In this document: in pieces, positions 31,161 to 41,773 of the stretch
Numbering within the stretch: position 1 is the first letter of the stretch
How the letters are laid out: each line of letters starts with the position of its first letter
Assembly (NCBI GenBank): GCA_965214705.1
Contig: CBDCCI010000002.1
Span: forward strand, 512,001-576,000
Source of the DNA: Alphaproteobacteria bacterium
GTDB taxonomy: Bacteria; Pseudomonadota; Alphaproteobacteria; UBA828
DNA: 64,000 bases
Direction of reading: 5' to 3'
The notes under the pieces: generated by a model
The model's database searches: none
Seen by the model: the letters and a program-made list of their open reading frames with translations, nothing else
Told to the model about the DNA's origin: nothing
Made by a program: the position numbers and the translations under genes

Positions 31161-34100
31161 TTACCCACGGCTGCGACCCGTGTTCGGGCACCCGTCGGGT
31201 GGCGCCCGGCTCGCGTGGGCGGGACGCTGGCGAGGGATCTGGCGGACGAGGCGCAGCGGCGCTCCGCAATCGGGACAGGCCACGGGAGCGGTTCCGGGGT
31301 CCGCTATTTCGTCGCGCTCGCGCTCGCCTTTGGGCGCATCGTCATCGACACACTCGTCGTCGGGACAGCCGATAGGGCCGAGGGCTTCGCGCGCGCGCTC
31401 CAGCGTCCTGGCGCGGCATCCGTTGGCGAGGATGCCGAAGTGACGGATGCGGTGCATCCCGTCGGGCAGGACATGGAGCAGGAAGCGGCGGATGAACTCG
31501 TCGACGCTGACGGTCATGGTGCCGTAGCGGGGCTTGCTCTGCCCTGGCCCCTTGGGCTTTCGGTGCCGGAAGGAGACGGTCTCGCCGTCGAAGGCCGTGA
31601 TGCGGCTGTCGGAGATTGCGATCCGGTGGGTGTAGCGGGCGAGGTATCGGAACACCTGCCCAGGCCCGCGGAAGGGCCGCTTGGCGTAGACCACCCAGTC
31701 CCTGCTGCGTGCGGCGGCGAGTGTGGCGTGGAACTCGCCGGGGTTGGCGAGATGGGCGACGGTGCCGTGGAACTCCAGCTCGCCGCGGCCATGGGCGAGA
31801 GCCAACTCTTCGAGGAAGCGGCGGCGAAAGAAGCTGGCCAGGACCTTGACGGGGGCGAAGAAGGTGCCGCTCCCGGTCTTCCACTCGCCGCTCTCGACAT
31901 CGAAGCCCGCGTTGGGCACCACCACGTGCAGATGGGGATGGAAGCGGAGCTTCTGGTCCCAGGTATGGAGAACCGCGGTTCCGCCGATGCGCATGCCCCC
32001 ATGCCGGGGATCGGCGGCGATGGTGCGCAGGGTCTCGGCGACCGTCTTGAACAGGATGCCGAAGACGACCCTGCGGTTGCCGAAGCCGATGGCGGCGATC
32101 TGGGCTGGCAGGGTGAAGACCGCGTGGAAGTAGGGCACCGGCAGGAGCTCGGCGGCGCGTGCCTCGCTCCATCGGTTGGCTGCCAACCCCTGGCAGCTCG
32201 GGCAGTGGCGGTTGCGACAGGAATTGTAAAGCGGATGCTCGCGCCCGCAGCCCTCACAGGCGTAGATGTGCCCGCCGAGCACGGCGGTGCGGCGTAAGCG
32301 GTACGCAGACCCCATACCGGAATCTGGCTTGACTACGACGGGGATTTCTTGAGGAGCGCCGTGAGCGCGCGAGTCATTTTGCCTCGGGCTGGAAGTTCCA
32401 CGGCAGAAGCTCCTGGATGCCCGACTGCGGGTGGCCCTTGGCGATCTTCTCGAGCGTGCTCCGCATCCAGGCGTAGGGCTCGACGCCGTTCATCTTGCAG
32501 GTCTCGATCAGCGAGGCGATGCGGGCCCAGGCTTGCGCACCCTCGTCGTTGCCGGCGAAGAGCGCGTTCTTGGCGGTGAGCTTCAGCGGCCGGATTCGGT
32601 TTTCCACCAGGTTCGAGTCGATCTCGACACGACCGTCGTGCAGGAACTCCAGCAGCCCGTCCCACTGGTTGGCGATATAGGTCAGCTTCTCGCCGAGACG
32701 CGAGCGCGGTGAGACGCGCGAGCGCTGCTCGTCGAGCCAGACACCGAAGGTGTTCACGATCGGCGCCGACTCCTCCCAACGGATCGCGCGGCGCTCCGCC
32801 GGCGGCTTGCCCCGGATCTTCTTCTCGATCGCATAGAGCTTCGCGATCCGATTCAGACCGGCCAGCGCGATCGGCGATGCGCTCGAGTCGTATACCTCTT
32901 TCAGCTTCCGTCTTACATGCGCCCAACAGAGGGCCCGCGTCACAGGGCCTTCCGCCCGGTCCGGCCGCGCCAGGATGTTGTGGCCCGAGTAGCCGTCGAG
33001 CTGCACCGTCCCCGAAAAGCCCTCCATAAGCTCGGCGCCATACTTGCCGCCGCGGCCGGGCGCATAGCGATAGACGACGCCCGGCGGGTCCGTGCCGCTC
33101 CAGTGGCGCTCGTCACGCACAAGGGTCCACATGTAGCCCGTCTTCGTCTTGCCCCGGCCCGGGTCGAGAACGCGGATCGTGGTCTCGTCCAGACCCAGGT
33201 GATCCGACTTCTTCAGCTCATCCTCCAGGCAAGCGACCACGGGGCGCAGGTGAAACGACGCCTGGCCCACCCACGTCGCCAGCGTCGCACGGTGAACCTC
33301 GATCCCCGAGCGCTCGTAGATCTGCGACTGGCGATAGAGCGGGCAATGATCGCCGTACTTCGCGATCAGCACCTGCGCCAGAAGAGCCTCGGTGGGAAGG
33401 CCGCCCTCGACCAGAGCGGCCGGCGCCGGCGACTGCACCACCCCGCCCCCCTTGCACTTGTTGCAGGCGTAGCGGGGGCGCACGGTCTCGATGACGGTGA
33501 ACTTCGCCGGCTCATAGTCCAGCCGCTCGCTGCGGTCCTCGCCGATCTTCGTCATCTCGCCGCAGCCGCAGGGGCACATGATCGTGTCCGGCTCGATCAC
33601 CTCCTCGCGCCGGTCGACCTGGGGCCCGAAGCGCACCCCGCTGCGCGACCCCCGGGAAGAGCGCCGCCGGCGCTTGCCGCCAGCCCCCTCGTCCTGCTCC
33701 TGGTCATCTGCCTCGGGCCGACCGCCGGCTTCAGCGATCGCCGCCCAAAACTCCTCGAACGTAAGCTGGCGCTCGTCCTCGCCGAGCTTCTCGGAGCGCG
33801 GACCGAACAGCGCCTTCCTGAGCTCCTTGTTGAGATGCTCAAGCCGGCTGATCTGCTCCGCGCTCTGCGCGTTCTCGGCCTCCAGCCGTGCCGCCCGCGC
33901 TTCCGCCGTCTGCCTCGCCGCCTCCGCCGCGCCGCGTGCCTGCTCCGCTTCGCATAGGGCTGCTTCCGTCGCCCGGCGCGCCGCGCGCTCGTCGTCAAGC
34001 TCCGCATGCAGGGCCGCCAGCGCCGCCGAAACCACCGCAGGCGACGGCGAACCGGCGCTGCTGAGGGGTGAGGGCGTGACCTTCGGCATGGGCCACCCCT

Positions 34101-35174
34101 TAATCCGATTCGCCAATGCATGACCAGGGAAAAGTGCAGGCGGGACCGCGACCGAAATCTGCGGCCCCGCCTGCGTGCCGCCTCACTCCGCCGCCAGCGG
34201 GCGGCGAACCGGGCGGGCCTTCACCCGGCGCCAGTCCAGACCCTCGAAGAGGGCCTCGAACTGGCCCTTCGTAAGGCGCATCACACCATCCTCGATCCGA
34301 GGCCAGGCGAAGCGGCCCTGCTCCAGACGCTTGTAGGTCATCACCAGACCGCTGCCGTCCCACGCAAGGAGCTTGAGCCTGTCGCCGCGGCGCGAGCGGA
34401 AGATCACGATCACCCCGGAATAGATATCGAGGTCCAGCTCCCCCGCCGCCGTCGCCGCAAGCGCGTCGTGGCCGCGACGAAAATCAACCGGCCGCGTCGC
34501 CAACACGATGCGAAGCGAGGGGGCCGCGATCATGACGACGCCCGGCCCAGGCCCGAGGCCACCGCAACAATCCGATCGACCGCGCTCTCCACCGGAAGGC
34601 GAACGACCACGCCTAGCGCCTCGATCGCCACCGTCCGCTCGGACGTCACGCTATCAACCACCACGGGAACAAATGGCGGTGCAGAGCCACCAATCCGAGC
34701 GCCCGGAAGAGTTCCCTCCCGCGCGCGCCGCCGCCACTTGGTCAGGGTCGTATCGCTGACGCCATGGCGGCGCGCGACCGCCGCAACCGAAGAGCCCGGC
34801 TCAAAGCTCTCCGAGACAATCCGCGCCTTCTCATCGTCCGGCCAGCGTCGCATGGGGGCCGGCTCAGACGGAGCCGGGGCGGCTCCCTCAGAAGCTGGGA
34901 TCTCAACCGAAGCAACAGCGACACCGTCGCCAGATGCCAAAATCGAATCTGTCATCGCGATCTCTCCTGTGTGGCTCGTGGTCAAGGCGGAGAGTCAGCC
35001 CCGAAATCAGATCCGCTGGAAGTATGGGGGCCCGATACCGCTTACGGTGCGGCACGCCTCGATCGCAGCCATGACCTTGAGCCGGGCGGCGTCGATGCGC
35101 CCCTTGCAGCGCTCACGGAAAGCGAGGCCGGCGCGGCGGAAGATGTCCGCCACGCCGACGTTCTGGCGATCCAC
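31161..35174 (-). pseudogene. IS91-type Y2 transposase split by IS66
   Basis: CRT|AVLGG..NSCRNRHC, HPHLH, YLARY. Confidence 0.9.
32294..35045 (-). mobile_element. IS66 copy 2 (tnpC 32374-34116, tnpB 34183-34533, tnpA 34530-34985)
   Basis: Identical proteins to copy 1; TSD ggtgcggc. Confidence 0.95.
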
Positions 35175-35180
35175 GCCGGA

Positions 35181-36056
35181 TCAGCGGCGAAGCAGCGGAA
35201 AGTCCGAGATGGGGTGATCGAGGCCCTCGAACATCCTGGCGGTGGAGCGCGCGTACTCGCGGGTCGTGTCCGCACGACGATGGCCGAGCATGTCGCGGAT
35301 CACCTCCATGTTGCCGCCCCGCTCATGAAGATGGGTGGCGGCCGAATGACGCAGGCAGTGGAAGGTGTGGCGGCTGTCGACGCCGGCCCGCTCGCGCGCC
35401 TTCTTGAAGGCCACGTGCAGGTCCCCTGTCCGGATGGGCACGTCGGGCGAGGCGCCATAGAAGAGCCAGCTCTCCGGCTCCGGCCAGATGTTCTTGTAGT
35501 AGCCGCGCAGGTAATGGATGACGGCTTCCGGCATCGGTGCCATCCTCTCGGTGCCGCCCTTGCCGGAAGGGATGTGTAGCAGCTTCTGGTCCGACTTGAT
35601 GTCGCCGATCTTGATGGCCACGGTCTCGGAGATGCGAAGCCCGACACCGTAGGCGGTGACGATGGCGGCGCGGTACCGGAGGTCGGGCGTTGCGAGGATG
35701 ATGCGCTCGACCTCCTCCTCCATGTGTCGCGGCAGCTTGCGGGGCTTCTTGCGGGCGCGCAGCCCGGCCACGCGCTCAGGGCATCCCAGGGTCTCGGCAT
35801 AGAAGAACTTCAGGGCGGCGACGGTGACGTTGGTCGTCGCCGGCTTCAGGCCGCGATCGATGCCGGACAGGACCCAGGCGCGCACCTGGTCGGCGTCGAG
35901 GTCGGCCGGCGAGGCCTTGTAGTGCTTGGCAAGCTGCGCGATCTCGCCGATGTAGATGGTCTGCGTGCTCTCGGCGAAGTTGGCGATGCGCATCTGGTCG
36001 ATCATGCGCTGGCGAAGAGGGCTGCCCGTTGTCCCCTCGGCTGTGGTCTCGGTCAT
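35181..36056 (-). CDS. XerD/IntI-like tyrosine recombinase
   Basis: SPLRQRMI, YGVGLRISE, GKGG, HCLRHS, MLGH, TREYA. Confidence 0.9.
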   Translation of the reverse strand: MTETTAEGTTGSPLRQRMIDQMRIANFAESTQTIYIGEIAQLAKHYKASPADLDADQVRAWVLSGIDRGLKPATTNVTVAALKFFYAETLGCPERVAGLRARKKPRKLPRHMEEEVERIILATPDLRYRAAIVTAYGVGLRISETVAIKIGDIKSDQKLLHIPSGKGGTERMAPMPEAVIHYLRGYYKNIWPEPESWLFYGASPDVPIRTGDLHVAFKKARERAGVDSRHTFHCLRHSAATHLHERGGNMEVIRDMLGHRRADTTREYARSTARMFEGLDHPISDFPLLRR

Positions 36057-36288
36057 CGTCGATCTCCCGTGATCGCGACGGCGAGCCGCCGGACCGTTCC
36101 GACGACGGACCGTCTCGGGGATCGATGCTAACCACTGGTGATCGGGAACATGCCGGCCACTCGCCCGACCGGCGCTGCGCCAATGGACGCAATCTGAAGC
36201 GCGCGCGACACCTGCCAGCAGCGCACCCCGCACATCGAGGAAATGAACGAACGCTAGGCCGCCAACTCCGCGTAGCGGCTTCGTTCAA

Positions 36289-36502
36289 CTCCACATGGAT
36301 CCCGCGCCCGGCGCTCGCCTCCGTTCGAGAAAACCTCCGCCAGTCCCTCGATCGCCTGGCGCCTCCAGGCGCCGACTTGGTTCGGATGCACCTGGTGACG
36401 CGAGGCGATCTCTTGGAGCGTCCGATCCCCCCCAAGCGCCTCAAGCGCGATCTTCGCCTTCTGCTCCCCCGAAAACCTGCGTCGCTTGCCGCTGATCTGC
36501 AT
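36289..36502 (-). pseudogene. IS3-family OrfA fragment
   Basis: KRRRFSGEQKAKIALEAL..IASRHQVHPNQVGAW; cut by variant A end. Confidence 0.8.
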
Positions 36503-36654
36503 TCCTCCGTCAGACGGTGGAATACACCTTAACGCGTACCTCCGGTGCTATGACACTGATATAGCGTTGTTTTTTCTCTCTCGCAAAGGAGGATCGGAGC
36601 GGTTTTCAGAGCCGTTTCCGCCCCGGCTGCAACCGTCCAGGGGAGGAAAAGTAC

Positions 36655-37502
36655 ATGCCCACCGTCAAGCTCGACCAGCGCCGGGTCGATGCCCTGATAC
36701 CCCGCAAGTGCGCCTACGACGTGCGCGACAGGGACCTCAAAGGCTTCGGCCTGCGGGTCTGGCCGTCGGGAAAGAAGCGCTACTTCGTCCACAGCCAATA
36801 CGAGGGCCGGCGCGTCTGGAAGACCGTCGCCAGCGCCGAGAGCGCGAGCGCTGGCGAAGCCCGCGCGCGGGCATCCACGATGCTCGCCGCGATCCGGCTA
36901 GGCGGCGACGCGCGCCCGTCGCACGAGGAAGCCGTGTTCGAGGCCGTCGCCGACGAGGTCTTCACGCGCTACGCGCGAAACTGGAAGCCCGGAACCCTCA
37001 AGGTCAACCGGAACTACTACCGCAACCACATCCTGCCACGCTTCAAGGGCCGCCCGATCACCGGCATCGACAGCCGCGACGTTCGGCAGTGGTTCGCATC
37101 GCTCCACGCGACGCCCGCTGCAGCGGACCGGTCCGCTCCGATCCTGTCCGTCATCATGCGTCAGGCCGAGATCTACGGCTATCGCCCGGAAGGCAGCAAC
37201 CCGTGCAAGGGCATCAAGCGATACCGGCGCCAAGGGCGCGAACGGTTCCTGTCGGCGGCGGAGATGCGCAGCCTGGCTGCGGCACTCGGCCGCTTCGAGG
37301 CCGACCGTCCACAGCAGGTCGCCATCATCAGGCTGCTGTTGCTGACCGGGTGTCGCGGTAGCGAGGTTCGCACGCTGAAGTGGCGCTACCGGCGCGAGGG
37401 CAAGCTGTTCCTGCCCGATAGCAAGACCGGGCCGCGAACGGTCTGGCTGTCGTCCGCCGCTGGCGCGGTCCTGGACCGCGTACCGCAAACCGCAAGCTGG
37501 AT
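36655..37502 (+). pseudogene. Arm-type integrase truncated by variant B
   Basis: Paralog of 1-860; lacks HxxR and Tyr; ends at ttgaac 37503. Confidence 0.85.
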
Positions 37503-37733
37503 TTGAACGAAGCCGCTACGCGGAGTTAGCGGCGTAGAGTTCATTCATTTCCGAGGCGTCGCGGGTGCCGTTTGCCCTGTGCGTTCGCTTCCCGGTTGCG
37601 TCAGTGGCGCTCCGCCCGTCGAGTGGCGGATCCCCGGCAGCCTCCCGATCACCAGTGGTTAGCATCGACCCCTGCGACGGACCGTCGCCGGATCGGTCCG
37701 GCGGCGCGCCGTCGCGATCCAGGGAGATCGATA

Positions 37734-38612
37734 ATGACCGGGACCGCGTGCGACACGAACACCGTCACCCCTCTTCGCCAGCGCATGGAGGAGCAGCTCC
37801 GCATCGCCAATCTGGCCGCGAGCACGTCCAAGGCCTACATCTGCGAGATCAAGAACCTGGCCAGGTACTACGACGCCTCGCCGGACGAGCTCGACGCCGA
37901 GCAGGTGCGCCAGTGGTACCTGGGGCGGATCGACAAGGGGCTCAGTCCGGGCACGACCAACGTCTCCTTCGCCGCGCTGAACTTCCTCTACATCGACACA
38001 CTCGGCTGGCCTGACCACGTCGCCGGCCTGCGCTCCCGCAAGAAGCCCGGCAAGCTGCCGCGCTACATGTCGGAGCAGGAGGTCGAGCACCTCATCCTTG
38101 CGACGCCCGACCTCCGCCACCGTGCTGCCATTGTCACCGGCTATGGCGGCGGGCTCCGCATCTCCGAGACCTTGGCCATCAAGGTCGGCGACATCCTGTC
38201 GGAGAAGAAGCTGCTGCACATCCCCTCCGGCAAAGGCGGCACCGAGAGAATGGCACCGTTGCCGGACAGCGTCATCCACTACTTGCGCGCCTACTACAGG
38301 AACATCTGGCCGCGTCCGACGAGCTGGCTCTTCTACGGCGTCTCGCTCGACAGGCCCATCGCAACGGAGACCTTGCAGGCCGCCTTCAGGAGGGCGCGCG
38401 ACATTGCCGAGCTCGACCGCAGCTACACCTTCCATTGCCTGCGCCATTCGGCGGCGACCCATCTCCTCGAGCGCGGCGGCGATATCGAGGTGATCCGGGA
38501 CATGCTCGGCCATCGAAGCGCGAACACGACCCGTCACTACGCCCGCGTCACCGGCAAGATGTTCGAGGGCCTCGACCACCCGATCTCAGGCTTCGCAGCG
38601 TTGCGCAACTGA
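37734..38612 (+). CDS. XerD/IntI-like tyrosine recombinase
   Basis: TPLRQRM, GLRISE, HCLRHS, MLGH, TRHYA. Confidence 0.9.
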   Translation: MTGTACDTNTVTPLRQRMEEQLRIANLAASTSKAYICEIKNLARYYDASPDELDAEQVRQWYLGRIDKGLSPGTTNVSFAALNFLYIDTLGWPDHVAGLRSRKKPGKLPRYMSEQEVEHLILATPDLRHRAAIVTGYGGGLRISETLAIKVGDILSEKKLLHIPSGKGGTERMAPLPDSVIHYLRAYYRNIWPRPTSWLFYGVSLDRPIATETLQAAFRRARDIAELDRSYTFHCLRHSAATHLLERGGDIEVIRDMLGHRSANTTRHYARVTGKMFEGLDHPISGFAALRN

Positions 38613-38915
38613 CGGCGCGTGGAGGCCGAACGCGCGGGCGTGGCGGAGATCCTCCGCCGCGCCGGCGCCGCTTTCCGTGAGCGCCACAAAGGGCGCATCG
38701 ACGCCGCCCGGCTCAAGGTCATGGGCGCCATCGAGGCGTGCCGCACCGCCGTGCTCGGCGGCCACATGTACGCCTGCGAGGGCTGCGGGCGCGAGCATCC
38801 GCTCTTCAGATACCATGAGCACGGTGGCATCGAATCGCGTCTGGCAGTTAGAGAAGCTCGGAGAGAAGGCCAGCACCTTCTCTCCGAGCGGAATCGTCAA
38901 CAACGGAGTGGACGG

Positions 38916-40112
38916 ATGTCGGATGGTCCAGACACGACCGCGCTGACAGGCGCAAGTAGTAGCACGATTTATGTCGCGGTGGAGATCAGCCTCAAATCGT
39001 GGATTGTGGGCGTGCATTGCCCGGATGCCTCGGGTGGCAGCATCAGCATCCACACACTGGCTGCTGCCGACACGGCGGGACTGTTGGATCTCGTCGGGTC
39101 GGTGCGGGAACGGGTGGCGAGGGAGCTCGGCGCCCGTCCTCGGGTGATGCTGACCTACGAGGCGGGCTACGAGGGGTTCTGGCTGGCCCGCGATATCGAG
39201 CGCCGTGACGCGGAGATCGATATCTTCATGAACGATCCGGCGAGCCTGCGGGTGAACCGGCGCGCCAAGAAGAAAAAGACCGACCGCATCGACGCGAGGA
39301 GAATGGTTCGGGCTCTGAAGGCATGGGACCAAGGCGATTCGGAGGCCATGTCCTGGGTGCGCGTGCCCGACGTGGACCGGGAGGACGCCAAGCGCCTGCT
39401 GCGCGAGAGGGACACGCTGATCAGCGAGCGTACCCGCGTCAACAACCGGATCAAAGGGCTCTTGCAGTTGCACGGCATCTTCGATCTGGCGCCGCGCAAG
39501 CCGGACTTCCTCGAACGCCTCGCGGCCGCGCGGACGGGCTATGGGGCGCCGTTGCCGCCGCGGGCGCGTGCGGAGATCGAGAGGGCGGTGCGGATGCTTC
39601 GCCTGGTTGAGGACCATATCGAGATGATCGAGGCCGAGAAGAAGGCCCTGCTGAAGGCTGGCCGGAAAACCCAGGACGCGACCGACGGTGACGGGACGGC
39701 GATGATCGCGGCGCTTACGCGCATCCACGGCATCGGCCTCAATGACGCCACACTGCTGGCTGGCGAGGTGTTCTATCGGGACTTCCGCAATCGCCGGGAG
39801 TTGGGCAGCTGGGCCGGGTTGACGTCGGTGCCGTGGGCGAGCGGAGATGTCGACCACGATCTTGGCATCAGCAAGGCCGGCCCCTCGCATGTCAGGAAGC
39901 ACATGATCCAGATGGCCTGGCGCTGGTTGAAACTGCAACCGGAAAGCGCGATCACGAAGTGGTTCCATGCCTACGTCGCCAGGGATGCCGGTGGCGGGAG
40001 GGACCGGCGAGCGAGGAAGCGGGCGATCGTGGGGGTCGCGCGCAAGCTGCTGATCGCGCTGTGGCGCTATGCCACCCAGGGACTGGTGCCCGAGGGCGCC
40101 ATCGTCTCCTGA
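38916..40112 (+). CDS. IS110 transposase
   Basis: YVAVEIS, YEAGYEG, KKTDRIDA, GLTSVPWASG. Confidence 0.92.
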   Translation: MSDGPDTTALTGASSSTIYVAVEISLKSWIVGVHCPDASGGSISIHTLAAADTAGLLDLVGSVRERVARELGARPRVMLTYEAGYEGFWLARDIERRDAEIDIFMNDPASLRVNRRAKKKKTDRIDARRMVRALKAWDQGDSEAMSWVRVPDVDREDAKRLLRERDTLISERTRVNNRIKGLLQLHGIFDLAPRKPDFLERLAAARTGYGAPLPPRARAEIERAVRMLRLVEDHIEMIEAEKKALLKAGRKTQDATDGDGTAMIAALTRIHGIGLNDATLLAGEVFYRDFRNRRELGSWAGLTSVPWASGDVDHDLGISKAGPSHVRKHMIQMAWRWLKLQPESAITKWFHAYVARDAGGGRDRRARKRAIVGVARKLLIALWRYATQGLVPEGAIVS

Positions 40113-40469
40113 GGACAGCAGCCGAACGAACAGGAGAATACAGGAGGTTCCGACGTGGTCGGACGCGGCCGCGGAGGATGCCGGGCAAGGCGTGTGACCG
40201 GGCAAGAGTTGGGTCGCCGCTTGGCACCGTTCTACAGATGGGTCCCGCCTCCCGGAACGTCGTTACCGCTTGGATGCGGTATTGGGGTCACGGAGCCGGC
40301 AAGCGCCGGAGTTCCGAACCGGATAAGAGCTGAGCAGCGTGACGAATCGCTGCGTGGGAAGGACGTTCTGCCTGGCCATCAACCGCGGAAAACGGAAAAA
40401 GACTCGAAGGGGAGAACAGGAATGCCATTGACGTAGATGAAGCCGGGCCTTGCGGAGAGAGCTCATAAG
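40113..40469 (+). ncRNA. Putative bridge/seekRNA region
   Basis: Long 3' non-coding end with motifs shared with 14014-14345. Confidence 0.6.
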
Positions 40470-41773
40470 AACTCCTGCCGCAACCGCCACTGCCCCACCT
40501 GCCAGGGTCTCGCCGCCAACCTCTGGAGCGAGGAGCGCGCCGGGGACATCCTGCCGGTGCCCTACTTCCATGTGGTCTTCACCCTGCCCAAGGAGGTTGC
40601 CGCCATTGCCTTCTGCAACCGCAGGGTGGTGTTCGACATCCTCTTCCGGGCCGTCGCCGAGACCCTGCGCACCATCGCCGCCGATCCCCGCCACGGCGGC
40701 ATGCGCATCGGCGGCACCGCGGTCCTCCATACCTGGGATCAGAAGCTCCGCTTCCACCCGCACCTGCACGTGGTCGTGCCCAACGCGGGCTTCGACGTAG
40801 ACAGCGGCGAGTGGAAGACGGGGAGCACCACCTTCCTCGCCCCCGTCAAGGTCCTCGGCAGCCTGTTCCGCCGCCTCTTCCTCGAGGAGCTCGCCCGCGC
40901 CCACGGCCGGGGGGACCTGGAGTTCCACGGCACCCTCGCCCCACCTCGCCAATCCCGGCGAGTTCCACGCCACGCTTGCCGCCGCCCGGGCCAGGGACTG
41001 GGTGGTCTACGCCAAGCGGCCCTTCCGCGGGCCTGAGCAGGTCTTCCGGTACCTGTCGCACTACACGCACAGAATCGCCATCTCCGACAGCCGCATCGTC
41101 TCCTTCGACGGCGAGACGGTCTCCTTCCGCCACCGCAAGCCGAAGGCGCCGGGGCAGAGAAAGCCGCGCTACGGCATCGCCACCGTGAGCGCCGACGAGT
41201 TCATCCGCCGCTTCCTGATGCACGTCCTGCCGGACGGCATGCACCGCATCCGCTACTTCGGCATTCTCGCCAACGGCTGTCGCGCCAGCACGCTGGAGAG
41301 AGCACGCCAGACTCTCGGCGCCCTCGGCTGCGCCGTCCCCGAGGAAAGCGTGGGCGGCGCTCGGGCCGAGCCCGACGAAGAGACCGTGATCGACACCGCG
41401 CCCGTGGCCTGCCCCCACTGCGGCGGCGTCATGCGCCTCGTCCGCGAAATCCGCCGCCGCCATCAGCCCCGCTCGACGCGCGGTCCGCCGGCCGTGCCGC
41501 CGACCCACAGGGGGAAACCGTGAGACGCCCGCTCGCTTCGGCCCCGCGCAACGGCGCCAAAGCGCCGACGCACGACCGAACCTGTCTCCGCTTGGGCCGG
41601 GCTGACAGCCCTCGGCTCACACCCCGCTCAGTCCTCGCAGCGTGCGCCCGCATGCCTGCCGAAAGGCCGGCGCGAGCGTCGATCTCATGCGCAACTCTGC
41701 TGCCGGTGGATGCCTGTCAATCGGCTTTCAAAATTGACCCCCTATCGGCGTCCAAAATTGACCCCCCTGAGTG

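Larger units (their letters stand above)
30859..36288 (-). mobile_element. Tyrosine recombinase + IS91-type transposase element (variant A)
   Basis: Perfect 14-bp inverted pair ttgaacgaagccgc (30904-30917 / 36275-36288); 12-bp-stem hairpin 30864-30901; left boundary approximate. Confidence 0.8.
38808..40469 (+). mobile_element. IS110-family (IS1111 group) element, intact
   Basis: atgagc 7 nt from left end, gctcat 3 nt from right end, no TSD. Confidence 0.9.
38619..41523 (+). pseudogene. IS91-type transposase split by IS1111 and frameshifted near 40940
   Basis: EHPLF|NSCRNRHC restored on removing 38808-40469; HPHLH; YLSHY in a second frame. Confidence 0.88.
37503..41714 (+). mobile_element. 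Tyrosine recombinase + IS91-type transposase element (variant B), 3' end lost at IS21
   Basis: Starts ttgaacgaagccgctacgcggagtt as in variant A; homologous gene pair. Confidence 0.8.
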
